Below are positions 1-11,700 of a DNA stretch of 35,509 bases, one piece after another. The notes under the pieces are model-generated. The model saw only the letters and a program-made list of their open reading frames with translations. It did no database searches and was not told where the DNA came from. A program made the translations under genes and the position numbers. Origin of the DNA: Caecitellus pseudoparvulus (taxonomy: Eukaryota; Protista; Bigyra: Bicosoecida); assembly GCA_965644315.1 (NCBI GenBank), contig CBFFRQ010000134.1, forward strand, positions 1 to 35,509, read 5' to 3'. Positions within the stretch are counted from its first letter, which is position 1. Each line of letters begins with the position of its first letter.

Positions 1-308
1 TAACCATAACCCTAACCCTAACCCTAACCCTAACCCTAACCCTAACCCTAACCCTAACCCTAACCCTAACCCTAACCCTAACCCTAACCCTAACCCTAAC
101 CCTAACCCTAACCCTAACCCTAACCCTAACCCTAACCCTAACCCTAACCCTAACCCTAACCCTAACCCTAACCCTAACCCTAACCCTAACCCTAACCCTA
201 ACCCTAACCCTAACTCTAACCCTAACCCTAACCCTAACCCTAACCCTAACCCTAACCCTAACCCTAACCCTACCCTAACCCTAACCCTAACCCTAACCCT
301 AACCCTAA
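1..308 (+). repeat. Terminal telomeric repeat tract (CCCTAA)n (TTAGGG on - strand)
   Basis: About 50 tandem CCCTAA units from the first base with few variants (e.g. CTCTAA ~214, CCCTA ~268). A C-rich strand at the 5' end indicates a left chromosome end. Confidence 0.97.
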
Positions 309-483
309 ACTCTTCCAAATGTCAACCTACAATCATAGGTTGTGCAAAATTGCCTTTAAACAATGCCTGTCCAGGCGGCCGCACACCAAAGTGTGGTGTT
401 GCACAGCGCTAGTGCATTGCATTGGGTGCGCGGGTGAGCAGCAGTGCGATTTCCGCACGCGCACGCTCCCCACGCAGTGCTAA

Positions 484-3400
484 GTGCGGCTCCGGCTGGA
501 CGCTGCACCACTGCTTGCCCGAAACCATTGCTTCATCGTCATGCTCGTGGAAGGCCAGCCAGTCCTCGGCGTGCTCTTCGCGGACAAGTGCCTGGAGCAG
601 CGTGTGTCGGGGCGGCCACGAACAGGCGTGCTGACTGACATGTCCCACGCCGAGGGGCGGCCCGGACTTTCCAGCTCGGTGGCATGGACATTGACTGCAC
701 CGTGATGGCCAAGATGCATCATTTTTCGTCCGCAGGTGGCTTGGCATCTTCGGAGATGAGGCTGGAGGCCGAGTTTCCTGGAGCTGCTCCTGTGATGGTG
801 CGCGCTAATTCCGCGCTGAAACAATCCGCACCAGGGCAGACCATTCTCCCTTGTCACCAATGCTGCCGAGTGACGGTGAAGGCCCCGCCATTGCCAAGTC
901 CCTGCGCGTTGCTGCTGCTGTGCGAGAAGACTTCATCATCATGTTGAAGGGGCGGCTCTGTGGGCGTGGTGTACTCCAACACGCGGCAGTTCACGTCAGA
1001 GCGCGCCAGGGTCAGCGTGATCGCCCCCTCCCTCTGTAGTGAAGGTTGCTCAAAAGATCTCTGAGGCAGCAACCAGCATTGCCTGTGAGAGTGGGGATGT
1101 GTCCGAGATACTTGAAGCTTGTCCATGCCCTTATGTCGCCAACACTCACTCCATCGCCAAGCGTGCTCCAAAGCCTGTCGGACACTCCGTCTCCTCCAGA
1201 AGATGACGCCTCTGTCGACAAGCTGCCAAGCACACTGCCAAAGCCCCTTGCTGAGAGGCGGTCCCAAGAAAGAAAGAAGACACGGAGGGGCAGACGCAAG
1301 CCATCTGAGCAAAGAGGCTCTCCTCCTCGGCGCGCTTTGCTGAACTGTTCTGGTGAGGGCGTCGTGGCCCGGCCCGCTCGCCACAGCGCCCCCTCCCCTC
1401 CATCTGCACCCGCCGAGTCGTCAGGCCAAGCTGCTCCTTCCCCTGAACACCAGTCCCTCTTCCGTCCACCAGAGTCAAGCGCCCGACCTTCGGCAGATGG
1501 GACTCGCCCAGCCCACGCAAGAGACCTCCTCCCGTGTCCCCGACAGCTCGCGGCACTATCGGGCAGCGGGGCACAGCCACCTCTTGCAAGTCCTGCAAAC
1601 ACGGCACCCACTACGCTGCTAAAACTTGCTGACTGCAGTCGCCGACCAGCACGGCTTGGACAGGCAAACCTTGACTTGGGTTCCCCCTTGCAGCAACTCC
1701 TCGCCTCTGCGCACGCGTTCCCGCGGCCGGGACCAGACGACACTGTGTCCAGGCCTGCTTTGGAGAGCAGCGGCAGGAGAGCCACTCTTCGGTGACGATG
1801 ACCTTTGTCCTTCTTCAACACGCAGCCACCATCCAAGCGGCGCAGACATCCTTCTGTGCTGTGTTGAAGAAGAGCAGCGCGCGTCACCCTGGCACACCAG
1901 ACTCGGAGTCCCACGCTGTCTGTGAAGCAGAACCTTCCATGCCGACCACTGAGCAAGACAAAGCTTGACCTCTTTCAATCGTTCCCGTACCGACATGCGC
2001 CTGATGATGCAGCACTCACCAGCAGCCTCGTCCACCTGTGCTCCTCCCTGGTCTTCATCTCTTGCTCACGCGTATCAACGAGGGCCATCGGGAACTTGAA
2101 GGCGGCACAGTGTCTGGACACTGCCTGGTTGATGTCAAGGCAGAGAAGAGATGACCTCGAGGCAAAAGTCTTTTGCTGGGGTGTACTTCGCGTTTGCTCT
2201 CCAGCTTGGTTGACACTGGAGGGTGTCTCCCCACCTTCAGCTCATTGTCGTCAACGCTGAGAAGTCCACACTTGTACTGTGGAACCCTGACGAACCCTTC
2301 AAGAGCACCATCGTTTCCAATCGACGGCTGCCTGAGCACACTCGACTCGATGGGCATTGAGTCTATGCGCCGTGTCTCATCCTCCCCGCTGAGTGGCAAG
2401 CCGATTCCCTTCAAAGACAGAGTGCGGCTGGCCATGCTGTCCCTCAGGTCTGACTTTCCCCCACACTCCGGCGTTCGTAGCTGAGGACGAGACTGTCTGC
2501 CCAAAGACTCTCATCACTGGCAAGACAACACTGAAGTGTACCTCCCTCGCAGTGCCGCACCACGCGCCAACAAGCAGCTGCCGATGAGAGAGCCAAGACG
2601 GTTGACCCCATACTGTCACTCATCCCAACATCTGCTTGCAAGTCGCCGAACCAGATCGGTAGCGATGCACAGCCACACCCTGGCCGGCTTCTGCGGAAGA
2701 CACGCGGCACTCGCACCCTGCTGCTTGGAATGTGTGCACACGGCTCCCTGCGGCCAGTGTGTCCACGATGTCGTCACCCCTGTGTCCAGTCTGTGTGCAG
2801 TGCGTCGTCCATGTTGGCACTCTGTGTCACAGAGCCTGGGGGGCACGGCCTGCCGACACGGAAGTCATGGGCCTTTGAATGCTTCCGCCCAAGCCCGCCT
2901 GATCGGCCTGTCGGGCGGAGTGAGGTTGCCTTGCTGCTTGATCGAAGACTCAATGGCCCAGTGATCCCGGGCCTCGACGTTGATGGTCGCTGCATAATTG
3001 CTTGCTCGATCCCTGCAAGCCCACGGCCCATCGCCATCATAGCCACGTACGTACCCAACTGGCACTCTTGGCGAGCGAAAGAAGCCAGTCGCTGATCCGG
3101 ACACGAAGCTTCCGCACTTCGGCAAGAGGTTTGGCGGCAGCTTGAGTCTGCTGTTCAGGCAGCCTCCGGCTCCGCCTCACCCACATGATTGTCATCATGG
3201 GTGACTCAGAACACCTCATCCAGGTTGACGAAGGGGTAGGCACGTGGGGAGCAGATCACTGGGAGAACCGGACCGGCATTCCCGAGCCCACTGAAGACAT
3301 CCTGCAGATGCAGCTCCTCTGCGAGCAAGGCCCACTGATCCCAGCCGGACTTGGTGGCCTGCCAACGCACAGGTATGGTCAGTGCTCTGGACCCGCATCC

Positions 3401-6400
3401 TGATGACTGAGGACCTCCCACAGTATGTTGGAGCAGACCACTGCACATCACAACAACGTTCTCCAGCGGGACGAAAGTAGGCCGCTCGACTGAGTCCTCA
3501 GTGACCATCATCTTGTTGCAGCAGAAGTCCGAGTGAAGCCTGCCAAGCGAGGTGTGGACATCATCCAAGAGCCCCCATGTACAGGCGGTGCCACCCCGGT
3601 GGACCTCAGCGACAGAGGCGGGGCTGGCAGCGCAAGCGATGTTTCGAGGATCCCCTCAGCTCGCGGGCCACCGCGCTCCAGACAGGCAGCGCCGCCACCG
3701 AGCCTATCCTTTCTCAACGGTGCTGTCGAAGCTGCGGCTATGGACACACATCGCAAGGCCAAGACCCCACGTGACCCTCTGCCCCAGCTGAAGATGGACA
3801 TCAAGGCGGCCGGCGGGCTCAAGAAGTCCATGACTGCACGCGTGTCCAAGCTGCGGGAAGACCATTGCCAAGCTGCACCGGAAGCTCGCACTTGCCACCG
3901 GTCGGCATCCTCCAGCCAGACCACGCCCGTGCCATCCGAGAGGGAATCTCCATGGCCACTGAAGAGCTACACGCCACGCTTCAATGCCGCAAGGATGCAA
4001 TGCGGAAGCGCACGAGGCTTGTGACAGAAGAAGCGACCATGTCACTCTGTCCAGGATCCGAGCGCGGCTTGAGGAACTCGCTGTCACGGATCCCTTCACT
4101 GCCCACCAACACATCAAGCGCCCGTCAGGTCGAGGTCGTCGAGCCCGTCCGAGCTCCCATCAGGTCCGTGAAGTCCATGCAGGAGAGTGCTCATCTCCTC
4201 CCCTGATCTGGTGAAGGAGGAGGTTGCCAAGCAGATGTCTGGCATCCTGAGTCACAACAAGCCCAGGCCAACATCGCTGAGAAGTACGGGCTGGCAAGGT
4301 TCCTTCCCTCAGCCCAAGAGTCCTTCACACCTCAGCCGGTGACATGGCTTCCCTCCAAGAAGCAAGTCAAAGTCCTCATGGGATCACTCAGCTTGCATCG
4401 ACACCCAGGCTCTGGCAAAGTTCCAATCAGAGCACATCAAGTATGCTGGGCCAGGCTTCCAAGACATCTACTCCCAAGCCGTCATCCAAGCGTTGCAACA
4501 CGGCACCTGCCCGCCAGACTACCATGCAGGCGGTGGGTCACTCATCCCCAAGAAGACGAGGTGAAGCTGGGCGGCCTCGCACATACCGCTTGATTGTATG
4601 CCGCCCCCCTCACTGCGAAGCTCTTCTTCTCAGTGGCCGCTGCATGCCTGGAGTCCTGGATGCAAACATGGGTGTCGAAGGAGCAGGCTGAGCTGCACTC
4701 GACACCGCAACACGCATGAGCACATCTTGGCTCTCCAAGAGGTGATCAAGGGCCACCTGCGACAGTCAACAGCGCCAGTGCAAGTCCTGGTACTCTTCGT
4801 GGACTTCCGGGGAGCATTCGACTCTGGTGAGCCACGCAGCCATCACAGAGATCCTGAGGCTGCCTCCCTCCCTGCGCCACTCCCTGGCCGTCATCAAGGA
4901 GTACATGTCCAAGGCGACGGTCTCCATCAACACGCGCCATGGTCTTTGTCGCCCCCTTCCTGTCAGCAATGGTGTCCCCCAAGGAGGAGCTCTGTCCCCC
5001 TCCTCTTCAAGGCTGCGATGGATGTGCTGCCGCAAAGGCCCACGAGATGCCCCTCCAGGCATCCAGGGAGTGGGCATCCCAACACCAGCAGGCCATGTCA
5101 CCCACACCCTGTATGCAGACGACCTGGCCTGCATCGGCACCGCCTGCCACGGCCTTGCACCGAATCTTCGTAGAGGTGAAGGCCATCGCTGCCCGGGTTG
5201 GCCTTGCCATCAACCCGTCGAAGTCCAGGGGTCATGATCCTTGCCAACCTTCCGTGCGAGGCAGCCGGACACCAGTCAGTGAAAGGAAGAAGTTGGTGTG
5301 TGCGCTCGGCTGCCCTCAAAGCGGGCAGCATGCTGAGAGGTTGGCACCAAGTCCATCCAACGGGTGGCCGAGTACACTCCACTTGGGCGTGCCGATGTCC
5401 GAACATCCTGCCAAGACCCGTGCACTTACCCTGCAACAAGCTGGGCTTGCTTGCATCCAAGCCGGAGTTCACTGCGGGCGCGCTGCTCAGTGCCACCTGG
5501 CTCGATGTGCAGCAGCGGCACCTGGTTGGGTATGCCACCGTCACGTCAGCCGCCGACTACATGCTGTCCACCCCAAGCCAGCAGTTCCCTGTGCTCCGCT
5601 GCTGCGACGTTGACCGCTGGCGTCGCCCTCGCCTTGGACAGGACCCAAGTCGGCTCGCAGAGTGCACTCATGCGCCCCCACAGCTACGCCAAGCTGGCTC
5701 TATGCGGAGTCCTGCCTGCCCACGTCCGCTCCACGCAACTGCGGACTGGGATGTTTGTCAAGGCTCTCCGGATGCTGCACTCGGACACCCCTCTTGCCCG
5801 AGCTTCTGTGCCTGACCATCCCGCGGGCCCTTGACCTTATGCCTGCTTCGATGTCGACGACCTTCATCGTCGACACCATTGCTGATGGAGGTCGACTCCG
5901 GGCTGCCAGTGTCCCTGCTCCGTGGGCACTGCATGCCCTCTTGGACTCTGGCTCGTGGGCTGCATGCCGGACCTTGCACAGCTTCGGCTTGCACGTGCTC
6001 CTGGCTCTGAGCATGCTGCCACAGCCCCTGCCCAAGTCCTTGCCGGACTTAAGACCACCCCGGGCCTCCGCAGGTCTGCGGTGTGCTGGGTTGGCTGCCA
6101 GCGAGACGTCGTCCATGGCCGAACCCCCGGCCTTCACGGCAGACACCCCCTGGGCCCTGCGTCGCCAAGTCCTCGCGTCGTATCTTCATGTAGCCCAGGC
6201 AGTGCCGAGTGCAGCTGCCCACTACACCACCGACAGCCGAATCCCCCAAGTGCAGAAGCCCAGGCCGTATCATCTTGGGCCTGGTGCGTGCAGCACTTCG
6301 ATGTGGCTACATCCACTGCCACACGGGGTGAGACCCCCTCTTCTGGGTCTGTCCTGATGACAGGCCCACCAGAGCGATGGTCCATCACTTCCAGACCTTA

Positions 6401-7314
6401 CAGCTTCTTCATGGGGGGGACAGTGCCACTCTGTACGAGTGCTGTCCGAGTTGCGGACTCAACACCGATGTGCAGCTGCACGTGCACATCCTGCTGCACT
6501 GCACCCACCACGAACTCACCATGGCACGCCATACACACGATGACCAAGTTCAGAGAACTGGCCAACAGGTCAGCTGTGCCCGAGTCCGCGGCGGGCCAAG
6601 TGCAGTGCCTGCCCATCCCCCCCCAAGATCTGCCACGCCCTCCTTCGTGCCCCCGACTCAGAAGCCGCGAAGCCTGCCGGGACCTCGAGGTCCTCCACGG
6701 GCTCCTGCTCTGCGGGCAGTGGCCTCACCGGTGGGGGCTGGCCGACGAAGAGCAGCTTGTCTCTATGAAAGAGGCGGCTGTCCTCTCCACACCCCACCTC
6801 GTCCCCTTCTCACCGTGCTGGTCCTTGCCGTGTCCGCGCCCCAGCTGTATGGCAAGACATCCTGCGCAGCGCGGTTGAGTTCACAGCAAAGGCGTGGCGG
6901 GTCACAGTCACTTACATGTTGCGTATGACCGATGCCCACCACCTTGCTGTCCAGAGGCATGCTGAGTACCTGTGGTGGGCGGTACATGGGCGCGGGGCGC
7001 CGCTGCCTGGCCGCACGCAGCCAGTGCGGTCAGCGGCCACGCGGCACACGCGCAGGCCCCGCACTCGCCGCAGGGCACGCACCTTTTTCCCTGCCAAGGC
7101 TGGCCAAGTGCCGTCCACGGAGGGCAAGGTCCAGAGGACGCTGCAGCACTTCATGGGGCCTCAGCCAGCCCATGCAGACACTGATGGTGAGGGGGAAGGG
7201 CCCGATGGTTCCTGTGAAGAGAGCGAGGAGCGCAAGGCGGAACGCAGAGCGTGCGGGCGGGGGAGTGGAACAGCCACGCTTGGCGGCCGCGTCTACCCTC
7301 CACGAGTGTCCTGA
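484..7314 (+). pseudogene. Disrupted APE-RT polyprotein of copy A (many frameshifts; 5' boundary approximate)
   Basis: Homology to the B protein switches frame every few hundred bp (ORF-track fragments 2730, 3984, 4344, 4598, 4827, 5364, 5662, 6377, 6916). The last homologous frame stops at 7314. Some breaks may be sequencing indels. Confidence 0.8.
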
Positions 7315-7883
7315 CGTGATGAACTCCAGTGTGAGCGTGGTGATAACCACGGTAGCCCGAAGACAGATGCCCAAGACCTTACCTTTTACTTACTACATAG
7401 CCTGCGAGTAGCAGTGGAGTGAGCGGGAGCGTGCCTCGGGCCGCGGCGCGCGTGCAGCCGCAGTGCTGCACGGCCACGGCCCGGACGGCTGCTGACGACG
7501 AAGCAAGCTCACTCACCACGAAACCAGGGCGTGACGGGTTGAAGAAGAAGGTCCTTTTCCTTTCTGTATCCCCCTTGATGCGCGCGATGCGCTCTGTGGC
7601 GCGGGCGCGTGTGTGTGCACGGGTGCTGGTGTGCGCATCGAATTCCGCACCACGCACCCGGCCGAGTTCCCGCGCAGAGGCGGAGCACACACCTCGCGAA
7701 GGGCGCAGAGAGGCCTATGAGGGCCACAGAGGAGGTGGGTGAGGAATTTGGATTATGATCTGGCGTCAAGACTGCGCGGATGCCTAGGCGTGCTCTGGTG
7801 TGCCCCGGGTGTCTGGCGCTGGCGGACATGGGATGAAGTGCAGCGGAGGAGGCGGAAGCGATGAGTGGAGCGGGCAGGGACCT

Positions 7884-8066
7884 GCCCTAGCAAGTGGCGG
7901 CAGATATAACGGGTGCAAGCCTGTGTTTGTTGCCCGAATCCGCGCCAAGCGGTAGCCGCTGTGGCGTCCTACATGTGCAGAGGTGCATTGTGGGGCGCCC
8001 GTGTGATCAGCTCAAGCTGTACGGCTGCCAAGTTGCTGTGCCGAGGGTGAAATGCATTGTGAGTTG
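7884..8066 (+). other. Conserved structured 3'-terminal RNA element of copy A
   Basis: Shares blocks GCCCTAGCAAG, AGCCGCTGTGG, CAAGCTGTAC and AATGCATT with the B 3' end at matching spacing. Stems are predictable by eye, e.g. hairpin 7963-7999 and 8008-8014 pairing with 8060-8066. Confidence 0.65.
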
Positions 8067-8722
8067 CTAACCCTAACCCTAACCCTAACCCTAACCCTAA
8101 CCCTAACCCTAACCCTAACCCTAACCCTAACCCTAACCCTAACCCTAACCCTAACCCTAACCCTAACCCTAACCCTAACCCTAACCCTAACCCTAACCCT
8201 AACCCTAACCCTAACCCTAACCCTAACCCTAACCCTAACCCTAACCCTAACCCTAACCCTAACCCTAACCCTAACCCTAACCCTAACCCTAACCCTAACC
8301 CTAACCCTAACCCTAACCCTAACCCTAACCCTAACCCTAACCCTAACCCTAACCCTAACCCTAACCCTAACCCTAACCCTAACCCTAACCCTAACCCTAA
8401 CCCTAACCCTAACCCTAACCCTAACCCTAACCCTAACCCTAACCCTAACCCTAACCCTAACCCTAACCCTAACCCTAACCCTAACCCTAACCCTAACCCT
8501 AACCCTAACCCTAACCCTAACCCTAACCCTAACCCTAACCCTAACCCTAACCCTAACCCTAACCCTAACCCTAACCCTAACCCTAACCCTAACCCTAACC
8601 CTAACCCTAACCCTAACCCTAACCCTAACCCTAACCCTAACCCTAACCCTAACCCTAACCCTAACCCTAACCCTAACCTAACCCTAACCCTAACCCTAAC
8701 CCTAACCCTAACCCTAACCTAA
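8067..8722 (+). repeat. Internal telomeric tract (CCCTAA)n between copies A and B
   Basis: About 656 bp of near-perfect CCCTAA starting in CTAACC register, with two CCTAA variants near the proximal end (~8677, ~8718). Confidence 0.98.
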
Positions 8723-8736
8723 AGAAGGCACGGAGC

Positions 8737-11700
8737 ATGCGGGAAGCAGCAGCACGTGAGGACGACTTCACTGTGCGCCTTGGAAGGGGTGGCTTCTTGG
8801 CCGTGGTGTTTCCAAACACACGCCAGTTTGTCGCTGCCAAGGGCAAGGTCCAAGCCAAAGCGCCAACCCTTGTGCTCAACGCTGCCCGGGAAATAATGCC
8901 GCTAGCTACCAGCCTTGCAGTCAACACGGGAGATGTGTCGTCTATCGTCACTCTCGTGAAGTCTCACTTGCGTCAAGCTTCTCCAGCTGCGCACCAAGAT
9001 CGCCAACACGTCCGACAATCCGTCCCCAAGAAGGGAGATGCTGCTGTCGACAAGGCGCCCATTCGACACAACATCAAGACATCCGCACAAACCCAACAGG
9101 CTCCAGGTAAACGCAAGAAGGTCAGGCGTGGTCAGCGCTCCAAAGCAAGCACGGCATCTACACATTCCAAAGTTGTACCAGGGCGAACCTTTGCCGACCT
9201 GTTCAAGACGCCTCCATCAGAAACGACTGCCCGAGAGAAACACCAACACGTGGTGCCATCAAGTCCTCCTGCAAGAATGCCCAAGCTGCAGACGGAGGCG
9301 GTGGTGCTTCCATCGTCACGAGTGCGAACTGGGCAACAAACGCGCTGGGACAAGCCATCAACCCTTGACCAAGATTCGAAGATGCAGGCACCTGTATCGG
9401 AGGACAGCGTGCCCGCATCTCAGACTACTACCTCCACAGCAACAACACTCATCTTGACGCCACCTGCGTCAACCCCTGAGTCGATATCAGAATCAGACAC
9501 CTCGCTCAGCCTGTCTGTACCTGACGCTGCACCTCAGCATATTGTGAAGGTTGTGAGGATGAAGGACTGCCCCCGAGTCCCTGGATCACTCCCCACCCAC
9601 GACATTCCAGCATCGTCACCGCTTGCGCGCCTGCTTGCTTCAGCGAGTGTGTACGGGAACAGAGACCAACGGCATTGTGTACAAGCCTGCTTGGAAACAG
9701 CGGCAGGGGAGAAGATCTTCGAGACTGAAGACCTCGTGGCTCTCCAACATGCAGCTACCGTCGAGGCAGGACAGCGAGCCTACCGGAACCTGCGTCGTAG
9801 AGCTGCTGCAAACACATCGGACTCCTCCAGTTCTGATGTTCAGTGCACGATGCCAGCAGGCGGTGTCATGTCAGACTGCGCAGAGGATCAACTGGAAGCT
9901 CTTGCTCGCTTGCTGTTTCGCTTCACACCAAAGGACTCCCTTCTGCAAGCACAAGCACCACCTGTCCTTCTTCCCGGTTTGCATATGCTTCTCAACCGCA
10001 TGAACAGTGGGCACCGTGCCCTTCTTGGTGGGAGTAAACTCCATGGGGGCATCTGCCCTCAAGCAGTGATGTACGAGGACGGCCAAGACAAGTATTTCGA
10101 AGGTGTCCACTTTGCTTTTGCTCTGCATCGTCTCCAACACACTGACACTGCTCACCTTACGCTGGTTCTGGTCGATCATGATCGAGGAGTGTTGGTTGTA
10201 TGGAACCCAGACATTCCAGATGCAAGTGTTGAAGTGTCCTTCCACAACTGCATGGAACGTCTGCACGCCGATGCTGTAGAGATGGTCTACCGAGTATCAT
10301 CGACCCCCATGGTGGGCTCTCCAAGCCCCTTGAAAGAGAGACTACGCAATGTGATGCAGTCGCTGAAGCAAGACTTCCCCCCTCTCCCCTTTGCTGCGGA
10401 AGACGGGGAACTCCACCTCAAAACGTACATCGCTGGACAGTTCACCCGTGTTGCTCTCCCAACTGGACGCCTGACTAGACAGCAGGCCTCTGCTCTGGCA
10501 GACGCAAAAGAACATGACCCACTACTGAAGCTAATCCCACAAGACACAGATGCAATGCCTCCACGCTGGGAGCAAGGCCCGTGTACCCCAGTGGGAAAGT
10601 CAGGCACAACTTCCATCTCCATGGTGTCTTGGAATGTTGCAAGCTCCTGTGGGAACCACCTTCACGAAGTCATAGTCTGTGCGAAGTCGGCCTCGTCTCG
10701 ATCTTCAAGGATGGTGCTCTGCCTTACGGAGCCAGGCGGACATGGGACTTTGGACACGGAGATCATGGGACTGCAATGCTTCAGACCAAGTCCACCTGAT
10801 CGTCCACCAGGACGAAGTGAGGTCGCCTTGCTCATCGACAGAAGACTGCGGGCTCAACGGATGGGGGACCTTGGCCTTGATGGCCGCTGTGTTGTTGCTT
10901 GCACCATCCCCACAACGCCAAAGCCTCTTGCAATCATCGCGGCATATGTGCCAAACTGGCACACAGCGCAGCGAAAGAAGCCGTTAGCAGACCCAGATAC
11001 AAAGCTTCCTCACAGGCAGCAGATTTGGGAACAGCTCACAAATGCTGTTCAACATCTGAGGACAACCCACATGATCACACTCATGGGTGATCTGAACTGC
11101 CACCCAGGTCAACACGGGGTAACTTCGTGGGACACGTCATGCTGGCGCAACCAATCTGGCATCCCCGACCCGACGGACGACGTTCAGGAACTTGCGACTG
11201 TGTGTGAACAGGCACAACTTCAGCCTGCTGGGGTTGGGGGACAGCCTACCCAAGCTACCTTTCAGAGAGTCTTGGATCACATCCTCGTATGTCCCTCGCT
11301 GCGGTCCCGGTTGGTAAAGCCCCTTGCTGTTGTCACAACATATTCAAGCGCCAGGAAGAAGAACCACCGAAAGATGATCCTCAGTGACCACCACATGCTC
11401 ACTGCCGGCGTTGCAGTCAAGCTGCCCCCCCGACCCAAAGCCTCCAGACAACATTCATCGACCCACTCTGTCCCCCCCTGGTGGGCATCGTCCACACGTG
11501 AGGGACTCAAGGCGCAGTACATGCACAGACGCCATCTTGATGCGTCTCTTGGGCCAGCAGACCTGCATGTCCCTGGACCTGGAGATGAGGCAGAAGCACT
11601 CCAAAGCTTGGACGCCCTCATTACTACCAGTGCTCGAACCACGCATGCCCAGTGCAAGTCCACATCACCTCAAATGATTCAGGCATTTGCTGACATACCA

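Larger units (their letters stand above)
309..8066 (+). mobile_element. Telomere-associated non-LTR retrotransposon, copy A (longest, frameshifted)
   Basis: Bounded by telomeric tracts on both sides. Translated pieces are collinear with the copy B ORF: CVTEPGGHG, IATYVPNWH, DPFTAHQHI, YRLIVCRPP, LFVDFRGAFD, GVPQGGALSP, HTLYADDLAC (YADD 5112-5123), CCHC finger, LLCGQWPHRWG, YLWWAVHGR. The 3' UTR is homologous to that of B. Confidence 0.93.

Noticed and set aside
8052-8681. 209-aa (LT)n ORF, and the LGLG tail of antisense ORF 8673-8951
   Set aside because: These are translations of the telomeric repeat, with no evidence of coding function.
8067-8722. CRISPR array or ordinary microsatellite
   Set aside because: There are no spacers, and the unit is the same telomeric hexamer as the terminal tract.
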